IMG/VR virus record: IMGVR_UViG_2162886008_000001
Coordinates: 1 to 62,919 of that record
Length of the DNA stretch: 62,919 bases
Source: a virus
Lineage: Duplodnaviria; Caudoviricetes
Strand: one strand, 5' to 3'
Within the stretch, counting starts at the first letter, position 1. The number at the start of each line of letters is the position of its first letter. Under the pieces are notes generated by a model that ran no database searches, was not told where the DNA came from, and was given only the letters and a program-made list of their open reading frames with translations. Position numbers and translations under genes: made by a program. Shown here piece by piece: positions 29,229-40,437 of the stretch.

Positions 29229-32200
29229 GTGGAAAATGGACAACTAGGATTAAAAATTGTTGCCTCTCTAAATGTAGGTGCAAGCGTTGGTGAGATAAAT
29301 AATCAACTTAAGGCTTTGGCAAAACACCCATCCCTTCAAAAACTAAATATTAAAATCGATGTAGATAAATCATTTGTTCAGTTAATTAATTCGTTTATTA
29401 CTGCAACACAGAAGTTAAGTGTTGCACTAGATACTCAAAGTAAAGTGGTTAAGGAGACTATTACAGAGTATAAAAATCTCGATGGTTCTATTAAGCGAGT
29501 CACCGAGCAAACATTAGAAAATGAACGTGTTATTACTAGAACAAAAATAACACATGATGCAAATAAGAAAGCAATAAGTGAAGAATCTAGAGCTTATGAT
29601 GAGCAACGTAAAACGCTGTCTCAGTTAGAAGCAGAAATGAATGGTTACACAAAAGCTTCCGAAAAAGTGAATCACAATAAAACTGGACAAATCAATAGCA
29701 TTACTAACACATATAAAAACGCTGATACGGGGAAGATTGTAACGGTCAATACTGATGCTGAGGGAAATGTAAATAATTATTCCAAGGTGTCACAGTATTT
29801 AAAAGCAGAGCAAGATGCTCTTCGTGCTGAACAGGAGATTAACAAACAACGCGAACAGGTAGCCAAAGAAGAATATAACACTAGAAAAGCATTGGCTGAT
29901 AAGAATCTTCGTGAAGAGGAACAGCGTACTAAAGACTTCATTACTGCTCTCAAAAATAGATTTACTCAAGAACAAGCCATCTTAAAAAATAAAGAGGAAA
30001 TGGAGAAAATCCATTATCTTGCGTTGCAGCAAAATCAAAAACGTAATGAGCAATATGCAAAATCCGTTGCGGATACTCAGCAAAAAATTAATGATGCTAG
30101 AAGCAAATACAGCAATAATAGCGGCGTCGTAACAAGCTTAAATGAACTTGAGAATAAACTTAAATTAATTAGTAATAATGGCGATTTCAAGTCTCCCCTC
30201 TCTGCTCTCAACAATGACATCAAAAGAACGATTAGTGGTTTAGATGAAGGAAGTCATCATTCTCGTACATTCGGTCAGTCACTAAAGCAAGCATTCGGCA
30301 ACATCGCTGTATATGGTGGAATTGGTGCAGCACTCATGAGGGTACAGAACTTTTTCCGCGAAGGCATATCATATGTTAATGATCTAAATAAATCTCTTAC
30401 TGAACTTTCAATTGTTTATATGCAAGGTCAAGATGAGGTGGAAAGATACGGAGAGAAATTTCACAACCTTGCAATGCAAATGGGTCTAACTACCGATGAG
30501 ATTGCTAAGGGTGCTGTTGAGTTTGCTAGACAGGGCTTAAATCAAGAAGAGATGTTCTCTCGAATGGAGTCTGCGGTCAAATATGCAACAATAAGTAATC
30601 TAGATTTTTCTACAAGCGCAAAAGTATTGACTGCAACTGTGAATTCCATGAACGTTGATATAGATCGTGCATCGGATGTTTTTAGTTACCTGGGCGATGC
30701 AACTGCAACTGGCGCTGATGAAGTTGGCGAAGCCATGCAGCGTGTTGGTGGTACAGCTGGAGCAGTTGGAGTTGAATTTGAAAAGGTTGCATCCTGGATT
30801 GCAACAATCTCATCTAATACAAGAGAAAGTGCGTCTACAATTGGTAACTCAATCAAGTCTATTCTAGCTCGCATGCAATCACTTAAAGAAAGTGGATTTG
30901 ATGAAGAAGACGGAACAAAGGTTAATGATGTAGCAAAAGCACTTGGTACAATTGGTGTTCAATTGGTAGATGCTCAGGGTAATTTCCGTAATTTTGGCAC
31001 TGTTTTGGATGAAGTTGGTGGCAAATGGAGTGGTTTAGACTCTAGAACCAAAGCCTACATCGCCACTGCCACAGCAGGCTCTTATCAGTCCGCAAGATTT
31101 TTGGCTCTGATGGATGACTATGGTCAATCAGTTGATCTATACAAAGGTGCTTTAGATTCGGCTGGCATTTCAACAGAAAAGTTTAACTTATATCAAGAAA
31201 GCACTCAAGCCCATCTAAATAAACTAAAAACAGCTCTGGAAGGTCTATGGACCAATACATTTGACTCAAAAACAATGAGGTCTGTGATTGATTCCGCTAC
31301 ATCCCTCATATCATCTCTAGGTGGTATCGCTAAACAATTTGGAGGAATAAATACTGTGGTGGTTATCGCGACTACCGCTTTGTTGACATTTAATAGAGGA
31401 CTGAGAATGTCTGCGTTAAGTGCATTTGGTATTGATTTAAAAGCTGTAGCCTTGGCAACACAAGTATTTACCGGATCAACAATTGCTGCAAGAGTTGCTG
31501 TGTTTGCATTGCAAGCAACTATGACACTTGGGCTTTCTGTGGCTATTGCAGGTGTAGTTGCTGGTCTTACACACCTACTCAATAAATATCAAGAGCAAAA
31601 AGAGTTAAATCAACAAATAGCAGAACAAAATAAAACTATTGCAAATTCATGGAACACTCAAAAGGATAAAGTAAATGAGTTAGTTTCAAAGTACGAAGAT
31701 CTACAAAAGGCTACAAAAAATGGTTCAATATTTGCTGATCAAGAACAAGAAGATAAATATAAGAAAACGATAGATGATTTAGCAACATTAATGCCGAACT
31801 TGGTTCAAAGCATTGATGATAAAGGAAATAAGCATCTTAAAAATGCAGAGGCTATCAAGGCAGAGTTGGACGTTGCAAAACAACTCGCTGATATAGAGAA
31901 TCGAAAAACAAAGGATAATGCTCAAGACAGTTTTAAAGAAAAAATTAATGAAATCAATACATACAAAGAAGAAATAGCTAATATACAAGCAGAGATGGGC
32001 ATTGGTGGAGATATGTTAACCGACTCTTTTACTGGTATGGTTACAAAGACTTCATATACAAGTGCTCAACTTGCTGAGTTCCAAACGAGGATTCTAAATT
32101 TACAGCAAAAAATAACTTCAGCCGCAGATGTAACAAGGGAAGATATTAGTGGTTTAGTTCAAGCCCTACTGTCCATTAATGGCGTTAAGATAGACGATAA

Positions 32201-35200
32201 TATTTCATCGCAACTTCAGAGTATTGTTGCTAGTTTGAGTCTAGATGGCTTGAATGAACAGGAAATTTATGATAAAAGTGTAACAATAAAAAATCTACTG
32301 GCAGATCTCAACAATCTGAAAAGTTCTACTAACAATGCAAATTCAAATGAATTAATCAAACATATTAAAGAACTTGGTACTAGCATAGGACTTACAGATG
32401 TCCAGGTAAAAGAATTAATTCATAGCCTCAACTCAGTTCCGAATGCTAATCCATCGCTTGATGAGCAACGTAAGGCTGCGGCAGATGCTAAAGATGAAAT
32501 TCTTTCTCTTGCAGATGCCATGAAGATACTCGAAAACTCTGCAAATGCTACTGCTGATGAAATGGATAATTTCTATAAGTCGGTTGCCCAAGGTAGAGAC
32601 AAAATCACACTAGTCAATCAGGCTCAGATCGAGTTAAAGAAAAATGGTTATCTCTCTATCGACACCCTTCAAAAGCTCACGAAAAATTTTGAGGGGTTTA
32701 CGGACGTTTTGGGTGGCGGCACAAGTGCAATCCTTGCTTTTCTTGATGCCCAGGAGAAAGAAGCAGAAGGTTCGATTACGGCTCAAAAGAAAAAAACAAA
32801 AGAGATGATCGAAGCAACATACGCTAGAATACAGGCTATACAAGCCGAACTTGAGGCTATGAATGCCATAGCCGAAGCTAACGATTCGATTAATAACGCA
32901 GATGACTTAAATAAAGAAAAAATCTCCATCCAACATAGCAATGCGCTCCAAAGTGCCAAAGAATTTGCAAACACCTTGTCTGATCAGCTTAAGATTCTTG
33001 ATTATATTGGTAAGGATTATGACTCTACCGCTAAATCTGCGCAGGATGCAACTGACTCAACCGATAAGTTTACTGACTCAACATCTGACACGGTTGAAGT
33101 ATTAACTGAACTACAGAAGAAACTCAAAGAAAACGCTGATGCTTTAGATCGTCTTCATAATAAACAGTCAAGAATGAAAGAAGGTTCAGAAGAGTATCAG
33201 AAAGCCGTTGATAAAGAAATCTCTCTCTTAAAAGAAAAAAAGAGATTACTCGATCAAGGTATCGCAGACCCTTCTCAACTTGTATCAACTAAGGTTACAA
33301 CAACAACAAAGACTACTTCTGATAGTTCTGGTAACTCATCTAATTCTACCTCTAATTCTTCATCTTCTTCCTTCACTGGATCATCGAACTCGAATGTAAA
33401 CAACATGCTTTCAGCGGCACTCGGGCTTCAAGGCAAATTCACTTATAAACAGGTTGCTGGAGACTATAAAGGAACATTTGAAGAGTTTGTAAAAGGTGCA
33501 ACGTCAGATTGTTCTCAATTTGTGCAGGAAATGTTTAAACAATATTTAGATGTTGATCTCCCTCGTACAGCAGCAGAACAAGCAAAGCAAGGATCAGCAG
33601 TCAAAAAATCAGATTTGCAATCTGGCGATCTTGTCTATTTTAATACTACGGGTAAGTCTGCTTCCCATGTTGGTATATACACGGGTAACGGTAAGTTTAT
33701 TCAAATGGGCAACAGTGGTCTTAAAGAATCTAGTTTGGACAGCTCTTACTGGGCTAGTAGATATGAAGGTGCCAGACGGGTTGTTAATTCAAACACCTCT
33801 TCTACATCGTCTTCAAATGCTTCAAGTAACGGGAAAACGAAGACAACTCAAAAAACAGGAAACACTACTGTTGAAGTTAAGGTTGATGCTCCTACAGCTA
33901 AAGATATGGCTGATGCTAAAGAGCAGAAGTTAAAAGAGAGAGATGACCTTGATGTTGATCTAAATAATGCCTATATAAAGAAACTAAATGGCAAGAAACA
34001 ACAGTATGAGAATCTAATTGTTGATGTTCAGACGAAAATTGACGACTCAAAACGCCTACAAGATACTTTAGATCCAAACTCTGTTGAGTGGAGAAAAGAA
34101 AACAATAAACAAGTTAACCTTAAGACTGAAATCCAGGATCTTAAGCACGAGGAAAAGAATCAACTTCAATATATGATGAATGCCTTAGGTGTTCAGTCTG
34201 AAGATTATGACAATTTTCTCAAAAAACTGAGTACCGATTGGAAAGACATTCAATCTGACAAGAACTCTCAACTGGTTACGAATCTAACGAGTCAAATTGC
34301 ACAATCCAAGCAAGCCATTTCGGATTATGGAGATTCAATTGACCAATCAAAAGTCAGAATGGCGCAATTTGCTAAAGGCACAGCGGAGTATAATAAAGAA
34401 CTTAACTATCAGATAGCGACAACAAAGAAGCAAAAATCTTCCAACGACAATCTGATTAAGTTTTATGAAGATTTGATCAAGAATGGAAAACTTGCTCCCG
34501 CTTATGTTGCACAACTAAAACAAGAATTAGAAGAGTTAAAAAAAGAAGACTACACATCTTCCATTAAAGGTTTGAACGCTGAATTAATCGAGTCAAAATC
34601 CTACCCTCTCGAACAAAAACTCTCTGGCATCAACGACCAACTAGACCTATCTGAAGCCAAGATGAAAAGTTATGTTGAAGGATCTGCTGAGTACAATCAG
34701 GAAGTTAAAAATCAAATCGTTCTTCAAAATGATAGAATCGCTGTTACTAAACAGTTAATTTCCTATGAAGAGACTCAATCTAAAAATGAAGAGCTTACTG
34801 CTGAAGCACGAGACGAACACAAGAAAAAACTGCAACAACTGACCTTGAGTCTTTATGATTATGCCGAAGCTGTTAGATCACTAAAGGAACAATATGCAAA
34901 CAGAGTTATTGAAGACTACAAGAACATGCTTCAGGAGCAACAAAAACTCCAAAAGGATGCATATGAAAAGGAAAAGGATTTAGAAAATGAGCGTCACGAA
35001 AATCGGATCAAGAATCTTGATGACGAAATGTCAGCATTCCAAGACCTCATTAATGCACAATCTAAATCTCTAGATCGTGATGTTGCATCCGAAGATTATC
35101 AAGACCAGTTATCCAAACTCCAGAAAGAAAAGTCAGAACTTGATAGTAAATTCAGCACCCTCCTTCTGGATGATTCTCTTGAAGCTAAATCAAAACGAGC

Positions 35201-36275
35201 TGATCTACAAAAAGAGATTGACGCTAAAGCGGAAGAAATCACTAAGCTTCAACGCGACAGAGAAATTACAATCCGTAAAGATGGTTTATCTGACCAACTG
35301 GAAGATCGTCAAAATGCTGTTGATAAAGAGAAGAAACTTGAAGACGAAAAGAATGCAGCAGTTATAAAAAATATTGAGAATCTTGAGAAAATCAATGATG
35401 ACTATTATGATGGCCTACTTAATGATGAACAATATTTTTATAATATGAAGCAAGCCTTAATGAGTAATGATGCTGTGCAAATCCAAAATCAGTTAAACAT
35501 TATCAAGGGCGCATATGATACTTTCTTTAAAAAACTAGAAGATGACTCTACTATTTCTAGTCAAAAGATTAAAGATAATCTCAAATATAGTGAAACTCAA
35601 GACTTCAACTATGCTATGGATTATCCTTATGGTACAGGTAATGGTAGTGCAGGTGATACTTCTGGTAATGGTACCAACAACAATAATTCTTCGAACAATA
35701 CTGGTACAAACAACAACTCAAATTCAAAATCAGCCGAGAGAGATTCTGCATGGATGCGGTATTTAGGTAATAAGCAAGTTGCCGAACGTCTTCAAACTGA
35801 GATGAAGTCGTTAAAGTCTGATTCCACTGAGTACAAAGAAAAGGAAAAGCAACGAGCAAAATTACATGCTGCAAATGAAATTTATCGTAAACAGTATGGA
35901 TTTATAGATGGAACTTATGATCAATTAAAGAATCTGACTACTTATCATACTGGTGGAGAAGTTGGTGTAGATGGAACGAGTACGAAGAAGTGGTGGAAAA
36001 ACTTCGAGGTTCCTGCTCTGCTTAAGAAAGGCGAAGTTGTTCTAGATAAACCAAGAGATTTCTTTAGCGAAATTGCTAGTAACATTATGTCAAATTTGAG
36101 TGGCACATTCTCTGCGCTAAATAGCTCTAGCATTTTTAATTCTACCTCCCTCCAACCCGCAAGTAATTCATTGACCATAAACATTGATTCAATTACGGGA
36201 GACAAATCTGGCGCTAAGATTGTAACTGATGCTATTTCTGATATCTGGAATAAAAAAACTAAAAGTGGATGGTAA
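29229..36275 (+). CDS. Tape measure protein (TP901-type core) with internal NlpC/P60 peptidase domain
   Basis: EFARQG, RESASTIGNSIKSILARM; DCSQFV..LPRTAAEQ..GDLVYF..HVGIY; C-terminal YHTGG..ALLKKGEVVL. Confidence 0.93.
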   Translation: MENGQLGLKIVASLNVGASVGEINNQLKALAKHPSLQKLNIKIDVDKSFVQLINSFITATQKLSVALDTQSKVVKETITEYKNLDGSIKRVTEQTLENERVITRTKITHDANKKAISEESRAYDEQRKTLSQLEAEMNGYTKASEKVNHNKTGQINSITNTYKNADTGKIVTVNTDAEGNVNNYSKVSQYLKAEQDALRAEQEINKQREQVAKEEYNTRKALADKNLREEEQRTKDFITALKNRFTQEQAILKNKEEMEKIHYLALQQNQKRNEQYAKSVADTQQKINDARSKYSNNSGVVTSLNELENKLKLISNNGDFKSPLSALNNDIKRTISGLDEGSHHSRTFGQSLKQAFGNIAVYGGIGAALMRVQNFFREGISYVNDLNKSLTELSIVYMQGQDEVERYGEKFHNLAMQMGLTTDEIAKGAVEFARQGLNQEEMFSRMESAVKYATISNLDFSTSAKVLTATVNSMNVDIDRASDVFSYLGDATATGADEVGEAMQRVGGTAGAVGVEFEKVASWIATISSNTRESASTIGNSIKSILARMQSLKESGFDEEDGTKVNDVAKALGTIGVQLVDAQGNFRNFGTVLDEVGGKWSGLDSRTKAYIATATAGSYQSARFLALMDDYGQSVDLYKGALDSAGISTEKFNLYQESTQAHLNKLKTALEGLWTNTFDSKTMRSVIDSATSLISSLGGIAKQFGGINTVVVIATTALLTFNRGLRMSALSAFGIDLKAVALATQVFTGSTIAARVAVFALQATMTLGLSVAIAGVVAGLTHLLNKYQEQKELNQQIAEQNKTIANSWNTQKDKVNELVSKYEDLQKATKNGSIFADQEQEDKYKKTIDDLATLMPNLVQSIDDKGNKHLKNAEAIKAELDVAKQLADIENRKTKDNAQDSFKEKINEINTYKEEIANIQAEMGIGGDMLTDSFTGMVTKTSYTSAQLAEFQTRILNLQQKITSAADVTREDISGLVQALLSINGVKIDDNISSQLQSIVASLSLDGLNEQEIYDKSVTIKNLLADLNNLKSSTNNANSNELIKHIKELGTSIGLTDVQVKELIHSLNSVPNANPSLDEQRKAAADAKDEILSLADAMKILENSANATADEMDNFYKSVAQGRDKITLVNQAQIELKKNGYLSIDTLQKLTKNFEGFTDVLGGGTSAILAFLDAQEKEAEGSITAQKKKTKEMIEATYARIQAIQAELEAMNAIAEANDSINNADDLNKEKISIQHSNALQSAKEFANTLSDQLKILDYIGKDYDSTAKSAQDATDSTDKFTDSTSDTVEVLTELQKKLKENADALDRLHNKQSRMKEGSEEYQKAVDKEISLLKEKKRLLDQGIADPSQLVSTKVTTTTKTTSDSSGNSSNSTSNSSSSSFTGSSNSNVNNMLSAALGLQGKFTYKQVAGDYKGTFEEFVKGATSDCSQFVQEMFKQYLDVDLPRTAAEQAKQGSAVKKSDLQSGDLVYFNTTGKSASHVGIYTGNGKFIQMGNSGLKESSLDSSYWASRYEGARRVVNSNTSSTSSSNASSNGKTKTTQKTGNTTVEVKVDAPTAKDMADAKEQKLKERDDLDVDLNNAYIKKLNGKKQQYENLIVDVQTKIDDSKRLQDTLDPNSVEWRKENNKQVNLKTEIQDLKHEEKNQLQYMMNALGVQSEDYDNFLKKLSTDWKDIQSDKNSQLVTNLTSQIAQSKQAISDYGDSIDQSKVRMAQFAKGTAEYNKELNYQIATTKKQKSSNDNLIKFYEDLIKNGKLAPAYVAQLKQELEELKKEDYTSSIKGLNAELIESKSYPLEQKLSGINDQLDLSEAKMKSYVEGSAEYNQEVKNQIVLQNDRIAVTKQLISYEETQSKNEELTAEARDEHKKKLQQLTLSLYDYAEAVRSLKEQYANRVIEDYKNMLQEQQKLQKDAYEKEKDLENERHENRIKNLDDEMSAFQDLINAQSKSLDRDVASEDYQDQLSKLQKEKSELDSKFSTLLLDDSLEAKSKRADLQKEIDAKAEEITKLQRDREITIRKDGLSDQLEDRQNAVDKEKKLEDEKNAAVIKNIENLEKINDDYYDGLLNDEQYFYNMKQALMSNDAVQIQNQLNIIKGAYDTFFKKLEDDSTISSQKIKDNLKYSETQDFNYAMDYPYGTGNGSAGDTSGNGTNNNNSSNNTGTNNNSNSKSAERDSAWMRYLGNKQVAERLQTEMKSLKSDSTEYKEKEKQRAKLHAANEIYRKQYGFIDGTYDQLKNLTTYHTGGEVGVDGTSTKKWWKNFEVPALLKKGEVVLDKPRDFFSEIASNIMSNLSGTFSALNSSSIFNSTSLQPASNSLTINIDSITGDKSGAKIVTDAISDIWNKKTKSGW

Positions 36276-36325
36276 AAAACTTGGGACTGCTCTATTTTGG
36301 GCAGTCCTTTATATATGGAGGTTCT

Positions 36326-39300
36326 ATGCTAGGAGATATAGATTATTATAAGAAACCGTATAAGCCTAGCTACTTTATAGCTAAACCAAACAAAGAGATT
36401 ATTGGGAAATTAAGTGAGGCATACAAAGATAGCCTTAAAACCCCCGTAAATGAAACAAGTGAATTGTCGCTAAACATCCCCTACTACATTGATACCAATC
36501 ATGTATTATCAAAAAACAAACACATTGATATGGTGAAAGAAAACTATTTAATTAAAATGGTTTTTGGTAAGTCCTCTCAATGGTTTATGATTACTACAGT
36601 CAATGAAGTGGCTAATGAGGATAGCGATTATAAACAAGTTACAGCTCTAGGATTAGAATTTGAATTATCACAGCGCATCCTAAAAGGGTATATGACTGAA
36701 TCTAAGGGCGCTCGAACTGTATTGACAGAAATGCTGAATGAAACTACATGGGCTATCGGAGATGTTGATGTTGATTTTGAATTATCTAAACGAAGTTTTG
36801 AATTTCTAGACAACAAGCTACTTGGTTCCATCTACGATGTAGCCAATACATATAACGCTGTTGTCCAATTTAATACTGAAAATCAAACCGTTGGATTAAA
36901 GAAAGTTGAGTTATTCGGACAGGATAAAGGTTTGATGTTTTCATACGAGAGCTTATTGAAGAGCTTTGATAAAAAATCAGATGCTAATGAAATGGTTACC
37001 CGCTTGTATTTAGAAGGTAAAGATGGATTAACCATTAACGCCATTTCTCCAACAGGAAAAAGTTATTTGGAGGATTATAGCTACTTTATCTTCCCTTTTC
37101 AACGCGGTGTGAATAAAAACATAATCGAACATAGTGATTATATGTCTGACTCACTTTGTCATGCCATATTGGATTACCAGGAGTTGGTTGAGCATAATAA
37201 AGACCAATTCCAGTTACTGAAAGCGGCTAGAGACGGCTACACAACAGTAATCAGCACAAAAAATTTTGAACTGGTTGATCTGCAAAATCAATTGAAGGTT
37301 ATTTATAACATCGTCGATAACTATCAACTGGGTAACAACAATAATCCCATTATGTTCTTTGAAAATGTCGATTATCAGGGTGCTTCCCAAACTGTTGATT
37401 TCAATTCACTTCAAACCATGAATCCATATGCTGTGATGGCTAAAGTATCTAATGCTTCCAACGTGCAAATCTATCTTAACGGGGAGCAAAAATTTATTAC
37501 ATCAAACACATGGATTATGCTTGGTAAAGTTGATGATGTTACAAATTCTAGCGTAACTATTGGTGGTAATGGAAATGCGACAGTTAATATCCAGGTGACG
37601 GCTATTAATGAATCTGAATACTCAACTGCAAATAACGATACTGCCATTATTGAGCGTTATTGCCCAAATAATAAACAGATGCAAATTGATGCAAAGAATG
37701 CTGAGATTACAGAACAAACCGGATATCTTAATATTGTTCTTGGACAAATTAATAGCCTCCAAACCCTTCTATCCAGCAGTAACAATTTTACTCCAGATCA
37801 ATTAATCGAACTTCAACGATTCGTTAAAGTTGGTACATATAAGAATGATAACTGTATTGAAGCAGAAGATTTATTGAAAGTTGGAGAAGAAAACTTTGCA
37901 GAAGTAAAAGTTCCCCAAATGTCTATGGATGTTGATGTGGTGAACTTCCTCAATGTCTTTGAAGAACAATCAAAATGGGATAAACTTGTACTTGGAGATG
38001 AAATATCCGTTAAGTATGAGCGAATCGGTGTAAACGTAAAAGCCAAAATAACTGAAATCAATTATGACTTTGAAGGCGAGAAGATTTCACTTACTCTTGC
38101 TAATGTCAGAAACGACGGCAGTGCGGCTAGTAAGCTAAATGATTTTCTAAAGAAGAGCGCAAATACATCTACCACAATTGATGCAAATAAAAAAGATTGG
38201 CTTAAATCCGTAACTGATGTATCAGATATGAGTTTGTTGTTTGACCAGTTTTGGGATAGTGTGACCAATCAGATTAATATGAGTGTTAATAATACAGTGA
38301 CAACGGACAATCGTGGCATCACGATCACAGATCCAAACGATTCGCTTCGCTTTCTGAGACTGACTGCGGGAGCAATAGGAATTACAAAGAGTGGGGGAGA
38401 GCGATACGAAACCGCCCTAACCGCCGATGGGATTATTGCAGAGACATTATATGGTAAAATTATCCTATCGCAGCGCGTAATTGTTGGTGATTCGGCGGGG
38501 ATTTGGCTTATGGAAGGTCCACGCACAACTATAAAAGACCGCTATGGACGTATTGCTATGATGCTTGGCTTATACGAAGAAAATCCTGATAAATTCGGAA
38601 TGGTTATAAATCGTTACAATGGTAATGATGTTAATTCTACTCTTATCAATAAAGTTATAGCAAATAGCGAGGACGGATTTAAGATTCAGCGTTGGAATGG
38701 ATATTCGTTAGTAGACGTGTTCAATGTAGATAACAATGGATATTTATATAGCGAGGACATGACGACAAAACGTCTCAAAATAATTTCTGACCAGGATGAG
38801 TTATTGCTAGATTCATACACCAAAGAAATGAATATCGGTAAGTTTGATAATATCATCACGGACGGGAAGTTGACGGCAATTGAAAAGCTGCAAGTATTAG
38901 GTGAGCGTACCCGCATTATGAGTGAGTATGTCAAACTACTTGATCAAGCCGAACAATACAAAACCACAAGCAGAGACGATACAGTACGAATCGATATTCC
39001 ACCTTTTACGGCTGCTTATAATGCGTTGATTACATATCTAGCACCATTGTTGTCTAATATGACTGAAACATCGGATATTGATCGGGATGAGTTTATTCGA
39101 AAGTTTAAGGATTACTATGATCAAGTGGTGCGAATCGTGCAGGGGATTAACGACTCTATAAAGTATAGTTCTGTACAACTTGGAAGCTACTATAATAATG
39201 TCCTGATAGATTCGGTTAATGGTATTACGGCAACTCGAAACGATGTTATGTATAGAACTGTTATGAATGCCATCAAAGGTTTTGCTGTCCAACGTAATAC

Positions 39301-40357
39301 AAATACTGCTGAAAACCCAAACTGGGTTGATGTCTTCTGGGCAGATACATCGGGTATAGTGCATGCCGAAGGGATAAAAATAAACAACTCATTCATTACT
39401 GATGGTGGGATCGAAGGTGCTTCTATTACATTGCGATCTCCTGACGGAGGCGTTATGAAGCTATTTCCTGGCATGAATATGGGATTTTGGGCTGGTCTCC
39501 ACGCCGAACAACCCTTCGACGCTCCTGCTTGGATTAAGATGGATGGTACTGCAATATTCAAGAAGTTAATTGTTACTAATGGCAATAATGAGTTAATGAT
39601 CGATAGTGAACAAAATCTTATCAACTTTAACAACTGGAGCGCCACAGGAATTGCGGCCCTTGATGCACAATTGATTAGCGCCAACATGGTAAGTGCTGAA
39701 TATGGAATCATTAGTGATATCATAGCCAAGTCTTTGTCTACTATGACTAGAGAGGCTATTGCAGGATGGTCCAACTTTATAGAGATACAAGGAAAAACCA
39801 TTGACTGGATAACGGGACACGTTGTTCAAGGTGAGCAAATTAGTGTGAATGATAAGTTGATGTATTGGGTTGATTCGTCCCAAACAGGATTAATGACTGC
39901 CGATGTAACTCCGTGGCCCGCTTATAAATATGCTTCTGATGAAAATAATAAGTTAGTCAAAATGAGAGCCGGATTCGACGGTGATGGTAATGATGCAAAT
40001 CCATTCATTGATATGGGGGTTGGTGACGGTACTCCAAACGGAGCCAAAGCTAGAATTTATAAGTACAATGGTGGTTGGAAAGTTAGTTATGGGAGCAGCA
40101 ACTATGGTCAAGAAAGATCAGTTGACCTACGCGATGATGGCGTATTTGTAAAATCAGAAGATAAAGAAATAGCTCTTACCTCCAAAGACTATAATGTAGT
40201 CATTAAAGATGGTACTTGTCGGATTTCACACACAACTGGTTCATATTTTCAAATGACACCAGATGGAGACATTATTGCAAAGGCAACTAGAGACTTTAAT
40301 CAGGAAGCTGGAAGAAATATGAAGTTTAAAGCCCAAGCTTTTGATTTTGAAAACTAA
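36326..40357 (+). CDS. Large tail-tip protein (Tal-like N-terminus, spike-like C-terminus)
   Basis: MVTRLY..GKDGLTI, LGD.I.V, AKITEI.YD, TALTADGIIA; C-terminal beta repeats (HTTGSYFQMTPDGDIIAKA). Confidence 0.8.
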   Translation: MLGDIDYYKKPYKPSYFIAKPNKEIIGKLSEAYKDSLKTPVNETSELSLNIPYYIDTNHVLSKNKHIDMVKENYLIKMVFGKSSQWFMITTVNEVANEDSDYKQVTALGLEFELSQRILKGYMTESKGARTVLTEMLNETTWAIGDVDVDFELSKRSFEFLDNKLLGSIYDVANTYNAVVQFNTENQTVGLKKVELFGQDKGLMFSYESLLKSFDKKSDANEMVTRLYLEGKDGLTINAISPTGKSYLEDYSYFIFPFQRGVNKNIIEHSDYMSDSLCHAILDYQELVEHNKDQFQLLKAARDGYTTVISTKNFELVDLQNQLKVIYNIVDNYQLGNNNNPIMFFENVDYQGASQTVDFNSLQTMNPYAVMAKVSNASNVQIYLNGEQKFITSNTWIMLGKVDDVTNSSVTIGGNGNATVNIQVTAINESEYSTANNDTAIIERYCPNNKQMQIDAKNAEITEQTGYLNIVLGQINSLQTLLSSSNNFTPDQLIELQRFVKVGTYKNDNCIEAEDLLKVGEENFAEVKVPQMSMDVDVVNFLNVFEEQSKWDKLVLGDEISVKYERIGVNVKAKITEINYDFEGEKISLTLANVRNDGSAASKLNDFLKKSANTSTTIDANKKDWLKSVTDVSDMSLLFDQFWDSVTNQINMSVNNTVTTDNRGITITDPNDSLRFLRLTAGAIGITKSGGERYETALTADGIIAETLYGKIILSQRVIVGDSAGIWLMEGPRTTIKDRYGRIAMMLGLYEENPDKFGMVINRYNGNDVNSTLINKVIANSEDGFKIQRWNGYSLVDVFNVDNNGYLYSEDMTTKRLKIISDQDELLLDSYTKEMNIGKFDNIITDGKLTAIEKLQVLGERTRIMSEYVKLLDQAEQYKTTSRDDTVRIDIPPFTAAYNALITYLAPLLSNMTETSDIDRDEFIRKFKDYYDQVVRIVQGINDSIKYSSVQLGSYYNNVLIDSVNGITATRNDVMYRTVMNAIKGFAVQRNTNTAENPNWVDVFWADTSGIVHAEGIKINNSFITDGGIEGASITLRSPDGGVMKLFPGMNMGFWAGLHAEQPFDAPAWIKMDGTAIFKKLIVTNGNNELMIDSEQNLINFNNWSATGIAALDAQLISANMVSAEYGIISDIIAKSLSTMTREAIAGWSNFIEIQGKTIDWITGHVVQGEQISVNDKLMYWVDSSQTGLMTADVTPWPAYKYASDENNKLVKMRAGFDGDGNDANPFIDMGVGDGTPNGAKARIYKYNGGWKVSYGSSNYGQERSVDLRDDGVFVKSEDKEIALTSKDYNVVIKDGTCRISHTTGSYFQMTPDGDIIAKATRDFNQEAGRNMKFKAQAFDFEN

Positions 40358-40437
40358 AGAAATGTATCCTAATTGCCGATATATATGGTATATACTGTAT
40401 TTCGGCATATACCATATAAAATCGGGAGGTACATAAT

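Noticed and set aside
39190-39801. 203-aa minus-strand ORF and other antisense ORFs within structural genes
   Set aside because: Entirely antisense to long coding genes, with no RBS or motifs; expected from codon bias
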